Shown piece after piece: positions 37,834-47,169 of a stretch of DNA of 64,000 nucleotides. Every line of letters begins with the position of its first letter. Position 1 is the first letter of the stretch. The notes beneath the pieces are model-generated. The model ran no database searches and had not been told where the DNA came from. It worked only from the letters and a program-made list of their open reading frames with translations. Made by a program: the position numbers and the translations under genes. This DNA is from a virus: the IMG/VR virus record IMGVR_UViG_3300034374_012521, positions 32,001 through 96,000 of that record; one strand, 5' to 3'.

Positions 37834-38301
37834 TTAGTAATTGTTTGCCTGTCTTCGACGGTTTTCCTCGTTCTTGCTCATGTACATGTTGTACATTTCT
37901 TGAGCACTCATTCCAATAGAGGCTGCGTAGTTCATAAAAAAATGGAGCATGTCTACGATCTCGAATTTACATTCGATTTTATCAGATTCTGATAAATCCG
38001 AAAATCTTTTTTCAGAGTAAGAAGAGTAAGCACTTTTCCATTTTTTCCAGATTGCATTCCCATTACCATCTTTGATACCACCAAGGGCATCCGTTGCCTC
38101 GTGTATCTCGTCGATTAGAGCGTGATTGTTCATATGCCAAAACTCCATAAGTTCTCTCAAAGTCATCTCTTTGAAGTTATAGCCATAAACGTTCTCCTGG
38201 GTTTCTGCCTGAAGATTTAAAATGTCACCTAGAGTATCTTTAGATTCGGGATAAAGATTTTTGATCTGTAGGTCTGCACATTGATTATCTGTATTTGCCA
38301 T
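37834..38301 (-). CDS. dimeric dUTPase/dCTPase (MazG-like, gp56-like)
   Basis: DEIHE, WKKW, EIVDMLHF, KNEEN.RRQ..NY. Confidence 0.8.
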   Translation of the reverse strand: MANTDNQCADLQIKNLYPESKDTLGDILNLQAETQENVYGYNFKEMTLRELMEFWHMNNHALIDEIHEATDALGGIKDGNGNAIWKKWKSAYSSYSEKRFSDLSESDKIECKFEIVDMLHFFMNYAASIGMSAQEMYNMYMSKNEENRRRQANNY

Positions 38302-38398
38302 ATTTGTCTTTTTGCAATAGTTTTTTAAAATCCCTTCCCGTCTCTAGGTTTTTTATATATCAAGTGGGTCCCTAAAGTGCGGTGATTTTAGGAAAATT

Positions 38399-39811
38399 CT
38401 ATGTTAATTTTTTTAATTGTTTCTCCAATCCGTCAATTTCTATCTGTAACTCAAGCATTCTCTTTTTTGTTGCCTTTCTTTTCGAGTATAAGTCCTTAAT
38501 TATGGTCTTTAAAATCGGGTTTTCGTCATCCCCACCGAAAAGGGCAGTGGAGGATGTTTTTACCCATCCCTCCTTGGCTTCAGATATATCTTTCCCGAGC
38601 TTACCTTTATAAACCTCAGGAGAAATTCCCCACTGCACAATTGTATTTGGATACAGGGAAGCAAAGTCATAACAAGCAACCCATTCATGTAGTCCCTTGA
38701 TAGGCTCTTTCACATATCCACCAATAAACTTGACATGACTTTCTTCTTTCCTTTCATTCACAAAGACCTGATTCCTCTCCAAGAACTTTTTGAGCATCAT
38801 AACCTCCGTCGCCCAAACGGGGGAAAGAGCCCTGCTTATTTCAACGCGGTTCAGATTAGCTATTTTGAAGTAGGTTAAAAGGGTTTTTAACTTTACATCT
38901 ATATAGTGAACCAGCGCACAGTCAATTACGTTGTAGAGAATAAATTTAGGGAAGTCAGACTGGTAGAGGTCCCTTAGGGATCCATCATATACTATCTTCT
39001 TTAATCCTGTAGCCTTCTCAGCAACATAATCTAATCTATTGCTCTCCTTGATCTTAATTGTCCGATCCCATTTTTTATAGATCTCAAGATAATCGACCAT
39101 TAGCAAATGCATAGGAAGATTGTTCTTTCCAATAAGCCAGTTAGCTGGCGAAATTACCTTTGGATCGATACCAAGTCTCTTAGCTCTATTCACCAAATAT
39201 GGCCAGTCATACCCAAACCAGTTCCACCCAGTTATCAATGGCATTTTAGGAGCCAGCTTCTTAAAGAAGGTATAAAGCATATCGTACTCGGATTCGAACT
39301 GATGATATTTAAAAGACCATTCATCACCCATTGGCTCAAGATACTCGTTGGTCTTTTTGTAAATGTCCGCTTGCTCCTCAGCTGAAAGTGGATCAAGTCC
39401 TAGAATTATTGATTTACATCTATCTGTTGCAATACCAATTGAAAGTACCTTATTCTTAGCATTTGCGGTATCCAAAGAATCTCCCATCTCGTCGGTCATT
39501 TCAACCTCAATATCCACAAAGTACTTTTTTGGGATCTGAAAATCCCAAAGAGACTTAGTTAAATCTGGGTCTGCCTCTTCTAGGATTTGAACCATCCTAT
39601 ATTTGTCATACTTCTGTGTTTTTACCTTCCTTACAGACATTCCATCCCAGGACTCCCAATCAGCTTCTCTTCTCCTATCATTGGGTGAGCATTTTTCCCA
39701 TATAAACCTCTCATCCTCCGGAACTGGAACATCAACAAAAATTAAATCACCTTCCTCAGAGAAAGATGATACCTTTAAATAAGTTCCCTTGTTTTCAATA
39801 TCTACTATCAT
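38399..39811 (-). CDS. family B DNA polymerase, N-terminal subunit (exonuclease plus motif A; gp43A-like)
   Basis: DIE, GWNWFGYDWPY, YNVID, GGYV, YDFASLYP; ends after KRKATKK. Confidence 0.92.
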   Translation of the reverse strand: MIVDIENKGTYLKVSSFSEEGDLIFVDVPVPEDERFIWEKCSPNDRRREADWESWDGMSVRKVKTQKYDKYRMVQILEEADPDLTKSLWDFQIPKKYFVDIEVEMTDEMGDSLDTANAKNKVLSIGIATDRCKSIILGLDPLSAEEQADIYKKTNEYLEPMGDEWSFKYHQFESEYDMLYTFFKKLAPKMPLITGWNWFGYDWPYLVNRAKRLGIDPKVISPANWLIGKNNLPMHLLMVDYLEIYKKWDRTIKIKESNRLDYVAEKATGLKKIVYDGSLRDLYQSDFPKFILYNVIDCALVHYIDVKLKTLLTYFKIANLNRVEISRALSPVWATEVMMLKKFLERNQVFVNERKEESHVKFIGGYVKEPIKGLHEWVACYDFASLYPNTIVQWGISPEVYKGKLGKDISEAKEGWVKTSSTALFGGDDENPILKTIIKDLYSKRKATKKRMLELQIEIDGLEKQLKKLT

Positions 39812-39871
39812 GGAATAAAATTTGAGAGTATAACTTTGACGTAAATCGCAAAAGATATATACAACATACTT

Positions 39872-40198
39872 ATGGATAGCAGGATCAAAAGTTTCGAGAA
39901 TTTCCTTAATGAATATTACATTTCAGCAGCCCCTGGAAGCGTGGTTGTTCCGGGTGAATGGTACAAGGATAACGTTAACTCAAGAAACTACAGACCTGCA
40001 TATACACAAACACCGCAGGTTGTTGATTCAATGTTCCAAAGTACCGACCTATACAACTACCTAGATACTTTAGCCGAGGAGGAAGAATTTACCAACATGG
40101 TGAAGAAAGGAGAGGCACCTAAGGACGTGATCAAGTATTTGAAAAAGAGGATACACGAGGAACTTTCACCAAACGCTCGTACTTCCGAAGAAAAATAA
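39872..40198 (+). CDS. hypothetical protein with CTS-like N-terminus
   Basis: IKSFENFLNE; GATATATA at 39854. Confidence 0.75.
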   Translation: MDSRIKSFENFLNEYYISAAPGSVVVPGEWYKDNVNSRNYRPAYTQTPQVVDSMFQSTDLYNYLDTLAEEEEFTNMVKKGEAPKDVIKYLKKRIHEELSPNARTSEEK

Positions 40199-40209
40199 GT
40201 ACCAAAGAT

Positions 40210-40902
40210 TTGGAGCACATTGATTATCCACTTGCAGAAAGTGCCTATTACCAACAACCACATCCAAAAGATGCTATATTCTTGAGGGATTCAACTGGAC
40301 ATTATAGACCAGATTGGCTAATCGATTATTGGGGAAGAGATCGTAAAAATTCTACCAATAGGATAAGATCATCCAGCGCATTTGTAATTGGTGGATTATC
40401 ACCGGATGGTAAGGATAAAAAATATGACGGAACAATTTACAGGGCTTTTGATGAGTCTATGTGGTCGCATCACTTATTCATAAAAGCCAAAAACAACACA
40501 TTCCTAAATCAGAAAAGCATAGGAATTGACATATGTAATTATGGACCTTTGACAAAAACCGAAAATGGAGGATTCTACACATCTAGCCATGTTAAAATAA
40601 ACAAAAGCCAGGTTACAGAGTTAGAGTCCACGTTTAGAGGATCTAAGTATTTTCACAGTTATACAAAAGCACAAATACAATCTTTAAAGTCACTTCTTGA
40701 GGAATTGAGTGAAAAATATGAAATCAACCTTAAGAGGGGATTACAGAAGGAAATATCTAAATTTGGCATTTACGGAGGATTCGAACTTTCAGAAGAAGCT
40801 TTGATGGGGGGTCAAGGTCTTTGGTCTCACAGTAATGTTAGAATTGATAGATTGAGCTGTCCACCACACCCGGATCTAGTTAAGGTTATTCAATCCTTCT
40901 AA
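40210..40902 (+). CDS. N-acetylmuramoyl-L-alanine amidase (Amidase_2)-like protein with degenerate site
   Basis: FVIGG..DG, SIGIDICNYG, YTKAQIQSL, WSHSNV. Confidence 0.75.
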   Translation: MEHIDYPLAESAYYQQPHPKDAIFLRDSTGHYRPDWLIDYWGRDRKNSTNRIRSSSAFVIGGLSPDGKDKKYDGTIYRAFDESMWSHHLFIKAKNNTFLNQKSIGIDICNYGPLTKTENGGFYTSSHVKINKSQVTELESTFRGSKYFHSYTKAQIQSLKSLLEELSEKYEINLKRGLQKEISKFGIYGGFELSEEALMGGQGLWSHSNVRIDRLSCPPHPDLVKVIQSF

Positions 40903-41265
40903 ATACATTCTTAGCTTTTTGTCATTAGGAACAAAATCTGTTTTGTTGTTTACAAAAATTTCCCAGGATTCTTTTGCATATTTACCAACACCTGGCAACT
41001 CCTCAACTTCAACAAATCCATCCATCCATTTTTGACTCATGGATATTATCCTTTTGGCTTTTATATTTCCAAAACCAGTTCCTTTAATAATTGGATAAAT
41101 CTCATCCGTAGACAGGTTTGAGCACCTTTCCGGGGACTGTATCAGATTAAATAGAGGGTCTAATACTTTTCTTACCTGCTGATTAGTGGTTTGGTTTAAC
41201 AGTATACAGATCACAGTCATCTTCCAAGGATTGTCTAAGTAATCTTCCTGTATAAGCCTTTCCAC
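40876..41265 (-). CDS. HhH-GPD (MBD4-like) DNA glycosylase
   Basis: PWKM..CILLNQT, LPGVGKYA..SW.IF, DKKL..Y. Confidence 0.85.
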   Translation of the reverse strand: MERLIQEDYLDNPWKMTVICILLNQTTNQQVRKVLDPLFNLIQSPERCSNLSTDEIYPIIKGTGFGNIKAKRIISMSQKWMDGFVEVEELPGVGKYAKESWEIFVNNKTDFVPNDKKLRMYLEGLNNLN

Positions 41266-41492
41266 TACCGATTTCTTAACTTCTTGAGGTGCTCGTTTAT
41301 TCTTTTGTCAAATTTAGAAGCAGTCTCGGGATAATCTAAACCCATAATCGAAGAAAGCTTATCTATAATCGACCTTCTGTCCAGGATGACATCATAATCT
41401 GGATTTCTCTCCTTTTGAATAATTTCCTGCGCAATCTCTTTTGCAAATCTTTCAAATATTTCTTTCTCCCTTGACATAATAAAAAAGCTCAA
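41265..41492 (-). CDS. hypothetical protein
   Basis: Short ORF; true start probably at MSREK. Confidence 0.55.
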   Translation of the reverse strand: MSFFIMSREKEIFERFAKEIAQEIIQKERNPDYDVILDRRSIIDKLSSIMGLDYPETASKFDKRINEHLKKLRNR

Positions 41493-41542
41493 TCTTTAAT
41501 AATCGAGCTTTATTATTTCTAAATGTAAGAAAAATTTCGGAA

Positions 41543-41899
41543 TTAAGCGATTTTAATTTTCTTAGGCATGGATTCTTTCTTCTTACCTATAGAAACTTTT
41601 AAAACCCCATCCTCAATTTTTGCTTTAACTGAATCAGTATCAGCTTCATTGGGTAACTTGAACTTCTTTGTAAAATCGTCCGTCCAATACGATTCGTTAT
41701 CCTCACCAGTGATAACTAAGAAAATTCCCTCGACATCAACCGAAATATCATTTTTAGAGAATCCAGAAACGGGTATTTCTAAAACATACTCGCTATCTTT
41801 TTCATCAACAAAGTAATTGCGGCTTTGGATAACCGGATTGGTGTTGTTAAAAATCTTTTCCATCATCTCCAAAGGGCTGTAGATAGTTGTTCTGTTCAT
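41543..41899 (-). CDS. small heat-shock protein Hsp20
   Basis: GFSKNDISV, FKLP, AKIEDGVLKV; start moved to MNRTT. Confidence 0.9.
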   Translation of the reverse strand: MNRTTIYSPLEMMEKIFNNTNPVIQSRNYFVDEKDSEYVLEIPVSGFSKNDISVDVEGIFLVITGEDNESYWTDDFTKKFKLPNEADTDSVKAKIEDGVLKVSIGKKKESMPKKIKIA

Positions 41900-41955
41900 A
41901 GTTTGTTTTTTTACTATTAATAGTTCAAATCCTATTCCAATACTAAAAAACAAAG

Positions 41956-41981
41956 AAAAAGGTGCCTTTTTGGCACCTTTT
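41956..41981. terminator. hairpin/terminator
   Basis: AAAAGGTGCC-TTTTT-GGCACCTTTT. Confidence 0.7.
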
Positions 41982-42005
41982 AGCAATCTTGTATGACTTT
42001 TCGTC

Positions 42006-42497
42006 TTATTTCTGCAAAGACTTCATCATCTCTTTGAAATCATCAAAGCTTTTAATAACACGATCTTTCTTTTTCTTCTTTTTGCCAGCCCCTTTTGCTG
42101 CTGGGGTTCCTACTGTAAGAGAAGGGAACTTATCCCCAGATCCAACTGCTCCGTTGTAGAAATCTGCATTGGTACCACCAGATGATGGAGCTTCAACATT
42201 TCCCATTCCCTGTGTAGTACCTAGAGTAGCGAATGCTCCACCGCCGTCTCCAGCTGGTGCAGGTGCTCCACCGTCCATTTCTTTGAGTTCGTAGCCTTCA
42301 CAACCACAACTTTTCATTTCTTCGTCCATTTGCCATTTTTCAACACAATAGTCGTTTTCGTCCAACCATTCCTTGATTTTAAGTTCCATAGCATCTGGAG
42401 TTTCCTGGTCTTCCATTACCGGAACATCTTCACAGCACAAACAAACTAGTGTTCGACCATTTGTAGAATTTCCAGTTGGATAATACATTGAATCCAT
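42006..42497 (-). CDS. hypothetical protein with C-terminal CTS-like motif
   Basis: RVIKSFDDF. Confidence 0.7.
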   Translation of the reverse strand: MDSMYYPTGNSTNGRTLVCLCCEDVPVMEDQETPDAMELKIKEWLDENDYCVEKWQMDEEMKSCGCEGYELKEMDGGAPAPAGDGGGAFATLGTTQGMGNVEAPSSGGTNADFYNGAVGSGDKFPSLTVGTPAAKGAGKKKKKKDRVIKSFDDFKEMMKSLQK

Positions 42498-42499
42498 TT

Positions 42500-42727
42500 T
42501 TAATCTAATATTTTTTGAACATTCTTGGCAAATATTCTAAGAGAATTACCCTGCTCGTCCTTTACTGTGTAACCAACGATGTCTTTATAAGCATCATAGA
42601 TTGGAGAAATTACGAGTAATTTATTTCCGTTGGTGTCAAGAATAAACTTACCAGACAAATCATCATGCTGCTTAGTAGTTTGAGTTGTTGTAGCATTCCT
42701 TGATCCCTTATTACATCCACATCCCAT
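42500..42727 (-). CDS. hypothetical protein
   Basis: MGCGCNK start. Confidence 0.65.
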   Translation of the reverse strand: MGCGCNKGSRNATTTQTTKQHDDLSGKFILDTNGNKLLVISPIYDAYKDIVGYTVKDEQGNSLRIFAKNVQKILD

Positions 42728-42754
42728 TTTATGTTCTTTAAGTTGTTTCTATAT

Positions 42755-43165
42755 TTATCTGTAGTCCTTCCTTAATTCCTTTCTCCGTAGATAATTAAAG
42801 AGGTATCTTAATGCCTTTTTATATTCCTTACCGTTTCTGAAAGGTGATGGATAAGTCCTAATAGTATTTCCTTGTCCCTCTGGGGTTTCATTTGATTTGA
42901 TTGGGTTATAGCGACGAACTACACCTGTTGGGTGTATAGTGTAAAATACCTCACCATATCCCCTTACCTCAGGCTGATTCTTTCTTTTGAATTTGAGTGT
43001 ATTGTTGAGCTCTTGTTGGTCTGAGGTCTCATCAGAAAAGCCAAGCTCTAAGATATCCCTATATGCATCAGATTTTCTTATCTTGTCTAGGTCTATGCTT
43101 CTCCTTTCATCCTCAAGATATTCAGATTTAGGATCATACTTTTCAAATTCAAAAAGATTAATCAT
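42755..43165 (-). CDS. hypothetical protein
   Basis: MINLFEFEKY N-terminus. Confidence 0.7.
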   Translation of the reverse strand: MINLFEFEKYDPKSEYLEDERRSIDLDKIRKSDAYRDILELGFSDETSDQQELNNTLKFKRKNQPEVRGYGEVFYTIHPTGVVRRYNPIKSNETPEGQGNTIRTYPSPFRNGKEYKKALRYLFNYLRRKELRKDYR

Positions 43166-43599
43166 TACTTCTTTATATCCTTTATCCAGTCTCTATAATC
43201 CTTAAGATTCTCGAGATTTCTCTTACCTGCTTTACTCTTTTTAGCATCAGGATTTAAGTAAGGGATGATAGGTTTTATTCCGTCCCCAAAATTCATCTTA
43301 GGAGAGAATGAAGGCATATCTTTAGAATCAATGACCCCGAGGGAAGCACCCTCTTCATTAACAGGTTGTCCGTCCTTGACGTTTTCCGGTAAATCCTTAG
43401 ATTTTGTCTTTGCAAACTTTTTTAGCTCCTTGTCAGTCATAGGTGCAATGAATTTCCCATCTTTATCCTTATACCCAAAGGCAATCTTTTCAATCTCCTT
43501 TCGATATCTTGGGCTGATGTCCTTGAGCTTCAGCTCGTTTTGTCTTAGAGCCCAAGCTTGACCCATTATTGCCTGCTGTGCTTTACTTACTGATGGCAT
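43165..43599 (-). CDS. hypothetical protein (DUF3008-like N-terminus)
   Basis: MPSVSKAQQ..MG.A...M...ELKKFA.TK...LP. Confidence 0.7.
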   Translation of the reverse strand: MPSVSKAQQAIMGQAWALRQNELKLKDISPRYRKEIEKIAFGYKDKDGKFIAPMTDKELKKFAKTKSKDLPENVKDGQPVNEEGASLGVIDSKDMPSFSPKMNFGDGIKPIIPYLNPDAKKSKAGKRNLENLKDYRDWIKDIKK

Positions 43600-43600
43600 C

Positions 43601-44137
43601 TCAAATCTTATATTTTTCGAAGGGAATAATAATTTTCAAACCCTCTTCTACTTTTTGCAGTTTAGTGTAGTAGTCAGGATCTTCTACCAAATGATCCTTA
43701 GCTATCTCTGAAGCTAGATTCTCATCATCGGTATGTTCCATTTCTACCTTAATCCCCATCTGAAGTTGTTTTTCTAAGTGCGATAGCATCTTTTCTATAG
43801 CATCCCGATCAACATGGTCCATAGAGTCATCATATGTGTGAAGGATAGCGATGTCCCTCAGGTTCTTATCTGAGGAAACACCACCTTCAATTTTTTCGTC
43901 AGAATCCTCCTGCAAATAAAGACCCTTCATCTTTTTCTTTATCTCTGCAGGGCTCATTGGCTTGGCGTTTAATTCCCAATTAGCTGCGGGGTTAATGATC
44001 TTCTTCTTTCCCTTCTTCCAATCGGGAAACGTCCAAAGCCATCTATTGTAACCCTTCCCAACTATCTCAAACCCCTTGTCTCCTGGTTGGATAGCAATGG
44101 GCGATTGAGGGGGAATATAACTACCTGTATTTGCCAT
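43601..44137 (-). CDS. hypothetical protein (DUF5661-like)
   Basis: GIKVEMEHT...EIAKDHL.E.PDYYTKL. Confidence 0.75.
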   Translation of the reverse strand: MANTGSYIPPQSPIAIQPGDKGFEIVGKGYNRWLWTFPDWKKGKKKIINPAANWELNAKPMSPAEIKKKMKGLYLQEDSDEKIEGGVSSDKNLRDIAILHTYDDSMDHVDRDAIEKMLSHLEKQLQMGIKVEMEHTDDENLASEIAKDHLVEDPDYYTKLQKVEEGLKIIIPFEKYKI

Positions 44138-44343
44138 TATTCTATAACTGCTTCGATTTTGGATTTTGAAATTTGTGTGGTTTCAAAAAATCCTGTTGTT
44201 CCATCAAGGAACTCTGCTACCTTTGTTTCAACCTCTAGCACAGACTCAGCTGCGATAAGAAATTCTGATTTGTGAATTACTGGATCACCATTTCTTTTGG
44301 TTTCAGTTGATTCAAAGCTAACTTTTGCTACGTAATATCCCAT
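44137..44343 (-). CDS. DUF4494-like protein
   Basis: EFLIAAESVLEVETKV...ISKSKIEAV, resembling the Bacteroidota DUF4494 repeat. Confidence 0.6.
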   Translation of the reverse strand: MGYYVAKVSFESTETKRNGDPVIHKSEFLIAAESVLEVETKVAEFLDGTTGFFETTQISKSKIEAVIE

Positions 44344-44405
44344 ATGTATAAAATTTACATCTTATATATCATAAAGGTAGTTTTATTCCATTTCAGTGTA
44401 CACAG

Positions 44406-44429
44406 AAAAGGCAGCCGAATAGGCTGCCT
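44406..44429 (-). terminator. intrinsic terminator
   Basis: AGGCAGCC/GGCTGCCT plus TTT. Confidence 0.75.
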
Positions 44430-44452
44430 AATATCTGTTTGTAATTGGTTTC

Positions 44453-44629
44453 TTAAGAGTTGTTTTTCATCTCTTGAACGTCCAACCTTACTTGTTGAGC
44501 AAGCTTCTTAACTTCTTGCATGGCTTGGCGAACTCTTGTTCCAGCTGCCTTATTGCCTTTTTCAACAAACTTTGCTACGTCAGCTTCTGCAGCTTCCATA
44601 ACTTCTTTGATTCGATCGAAATTTTCCAT
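44453..44629 (-). CDS. histone H1-like (Hc1-family) nucleoid protein
   Basis: Manual 58-aa translation containing KFVEKGNKAAGTRVRQAMQEVKKLAQQVR; missed by the ORF track. Confidence 0.85.
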   Translation of the reverse strand: MENFDRIKEVMEAAEADVAKFVEKGNKAAGTRVRQAMQEVKKLAQQVRLDVQEMKNNS

Positions 44630-44686
44630 AATTGTTTAAATTTTCCTTATTTATAGAATTGTTAAAAGTAAATGTTTCGATTTAGG

Positions 44687-45226
44687 TTATCTACTGATTA
44701 TGAACGTTCCCTTGTGGGATCCTTCTTGCATAGACCATTCTGGCCCTAAGAAAGAAAGCAAAACGGATTTTACCATCTCTTCATAGTTTTCAATATCCAT
44801 ATTATCCTGCATTTCGTCAAATATACGAATTACTTTTGGATTTTTCTCAAGATAATTTAGTAAAGCTTTGGATACCTGCTCCAAGAATCTGCTTAAATCG
44901 TTATCTTTAAGAGTGAACTTAGCATCGTTCAGGTCAGGAATCTCTGATTTCTTAATAGCAATGTCCTCTATGATTTCAGGGGCAATCTCATTTACATTGA
45001 GAATTGCATAGGAATTTTTAGGTCCCTCCATTGTCTCATACTGTGAATATTTACCAACTACCAGCATAAATCCTTTTTGGGATCCATTCTCAAGTTCTAA
45101 TTGAAAAAGGTAGTTATAAATATCACCATCCTTCACTAGCAAAAAAGGGAAGGTTCCAAACCCATCTCCTTCGTTGACAGAGCTAGATTTTAGGAAGTCT
45201 GAGAAATTCTGTATTCTTTTTTCCAC
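44687..45226 (-). CDS. hypothetical protein with CTS-like N-terminus
   Basis: RIQNFSDFLKSSSVNEG. Confidence 0.7.
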   Translation of the reverse strand: MEKRIQNFSDFLKSSSVNEGDGFGTFPFLLVKDGDIYNYLFQLELENGSQKGFMLVVGKYSQYETMEGPKNSYAILNVNEIAPEIIEDIAIKKSEIPDLNDAKFTLKDNDLSRFLEQVSKALLNYLEKNPKVIRIFDEMQDNMDIENYEEMVKSVLLSFLGPEWSMQEGSHKGTFIISR

Positions 45227-45251
45227 TGGTTTATTTATATTTTTTTATATA

Positions 45252-47165
45252 TCATCCCCTGACGCTTGTAATAAGGTCGTTGTAAAGATTAGATACCTCT
45301 TTTGGAACCATCTTTTTGAACTTAGAAAAGTCTTGGTCCTTCATAGCTTGTCTAACCTCAGTACCGCTCGTTACCCTTGGTGTTTCTACAATACCAAGGT
45401 CATCACTTATTTTGTCCTTAATATCAGACATCTTAACATAGTCTATCTGCTTAGTGTAGTCATCAATTCGGTCGGGGCCTGCACCAATTAACTTGGGATC
45501 ATATCCCATGTCTACTAGTCTTGCAATAGCAGACCCAAGAAGACCTCTTGTAGCAAGGACATATCCTTCAATCTCCTCGTTATTAGCAACTATTGCATCC
45601 ATATATCTTTTGATTGCCTCCTCATCAAATGGGGATTTTCCAGACTTGTTGTGTCCAGGATAAACCACAACAACAAAAGATGGGAGATCGTTTTTCTCCA
45701 TGAGATCCTTCGCCATCTTAAGATGTCCCTGGTGGAAAGGCTGGAATCTACCCATTATGACATTAACTGGTTTTCTTTCCTCCGTATCTTTCTCCTTGAG
45801 CATTTCTACCTCAGCCGGGATCTCCTCGTTATCAATGGTTTCTAACTTGCTGATAAATTCCTGATATGAGAAAAAAGGGTCTTCGCTGGAATCCGTATCG
45901 TCCTCTTCTTGCAGATATTCTACTGAAGGTAGGTTTTCCTTTCTAAATTCTCCAAAGCTAATAAATTTAGATTCGTTTACTTTCTTCTCTGGTTTTTTGA
46001 TGTAGTCCTTAATATCTTTAATCAAAATATTCATCTGATCCTTCATACCAGAAGTTATGATACCACCTGCTCTAGTTTTTATCTTCCTAAAGGAATTAAG
46101 AATGAGTTTAAATAAAGACTCAAATGAGTCATCCTTCTCAACATATTTAAGAACTCTTCTGTCTTTAATCTTTTCCTTATTCAGTCTGAATTCATCCCTC
46201 TTTAAGTAATCAGGCTCCTCAAAATCAGTACCCTTATACTTCTCCTCATATTCATCCAGGAATTTAACAAATACGTCTCCCATAAAGGAAATGTATCTCT
46301 CGTCTTCAGACTCACCTTCAACTTCAAATTCAGAAAGATCTTTTTCCAAAATGAAATTCATCACATCAAGCAATGTGATTCCAAGAAAATCCGAAGGCTT
46401 TTTACTCTTTTTGTCAGCAAACTTTTGCTTAGCTATTTCAGTGAATATAGGATCCACCATTTTGGCTAATACAGTATCACTATCTCCATCGAGCTCTCCA
46501 AATCTAAAAACTATACCCTCGACATCCTTATCTAGGTCGTCGTTAAGAGCAGTTTTAGTTAAATCCGGGTTTAGGGTCTTAATAACAAACCTAACAAAAG
46601 ATTGTGTTTTGAACCTTTCAACAAGATCTTTGAACGGCGTGTTCAAAAAATCCATAAGCTCAGATTTCTGATCTTCGTCCAACACCCCCTGGAAAACGAT
46701 TGGTGGTCTTTCAACTCCAATCAGATCTGCCCAATTATCCAATTCTTCCTTATCCTGGATAGTACTTTCTATCTTACCGCCAGTACCCATTTTATGGATA
46801 TAAGAGAGAATTAGATTATTCTTTGGTAATCTATCATACGAGATCTCTACAGGTTTGGTGTTTGAAAAATACTCAAGACCAAATCTCCATCCCCTAGGTA
46901 TTTTTTCCAATATGTTTGGTGGGAGTGATTCAATATACTGGATTGGCTTCTCATAATACTTCATGAGTGTTCTGTCCACAAGAGTTATAGGATTTCTTTG
47001 ATCCCTCCTATAAAACCTAAAATTACCAGATTCTTTATCTCTCTCAAAAGAGAAAGCTGATCCGTCCATCTTTTCATTGATCGTTACGTAACGATTAAAA
47101 AGCTGGTTGACAAAATCAGATCCCTTCTTATTATAAATGTCATATAAGTGATTTATTCCCGCCAT
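45252..47165 (-). CDS. RNA-ligase-like nucleotidyltransferase fused to an HxGH cytidylyltransferase-like domain
   Basis: INEKMDGS (motif I), EYF, EGIV, AKMV; C-terminal GRFQPFHQGH, SGTEVR. Confidence 0.75.
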   Translation of the reverse strand: MAGINHLYDIYNKKGSDFVNQLFNRYVTINEKMDGSAFSFERDKESGNFRFYRRDQRNPITLVDRTLMKYYEKPIQYIESLPPNILEKIPRGWRFGLEYFSNTKPVEISYDRLPKNNLILSYIHKMGTGGKIESTIQDKEELDNWADLIGVERPPIVFQGVLDEDQKSELMDFLNTPFKDLVERFKTQSFVRFVIKTLNPDLTKTALNDDLDKDVEGIVFRFGELDGDSDTVLAKMVDPIFTEIAKQKFADKKSKKPSDFLGITLLDVMNFILEKDLSEFEVEGESEDERYISFMGDVFVKFLDEYEEKYKGTDFEEPDYLKRDEFRLNKEKIKDRRVLKYVEKDDSFESLFKLILNSFRKIKTRAGGIITSGMKDQMNILIKDIKDYIKKPEKKVNESKFISFGEFRKENLPSVEYLQEEDDTDSSEDPFFSYQEFISKLETIDNEEIPAEVEMLKEKDTEERKPVNVIMGRFQPFHQGHLKMAKDLMEKNDLPSFVVVVYPGHNKSGKSPFDEEAIKRYMDAIVANNEEIEGYVLATRGLLGSAIARLVDMGYDPKLIGAGPDRIDDYTKQIDYVKMSDIKDKISDDLGIVETPRVTSGTEVRQAMKDQDFSKFKKMVPKEVSNLYNDLITSVRG

Positions 47166-47169
47166 CCTC

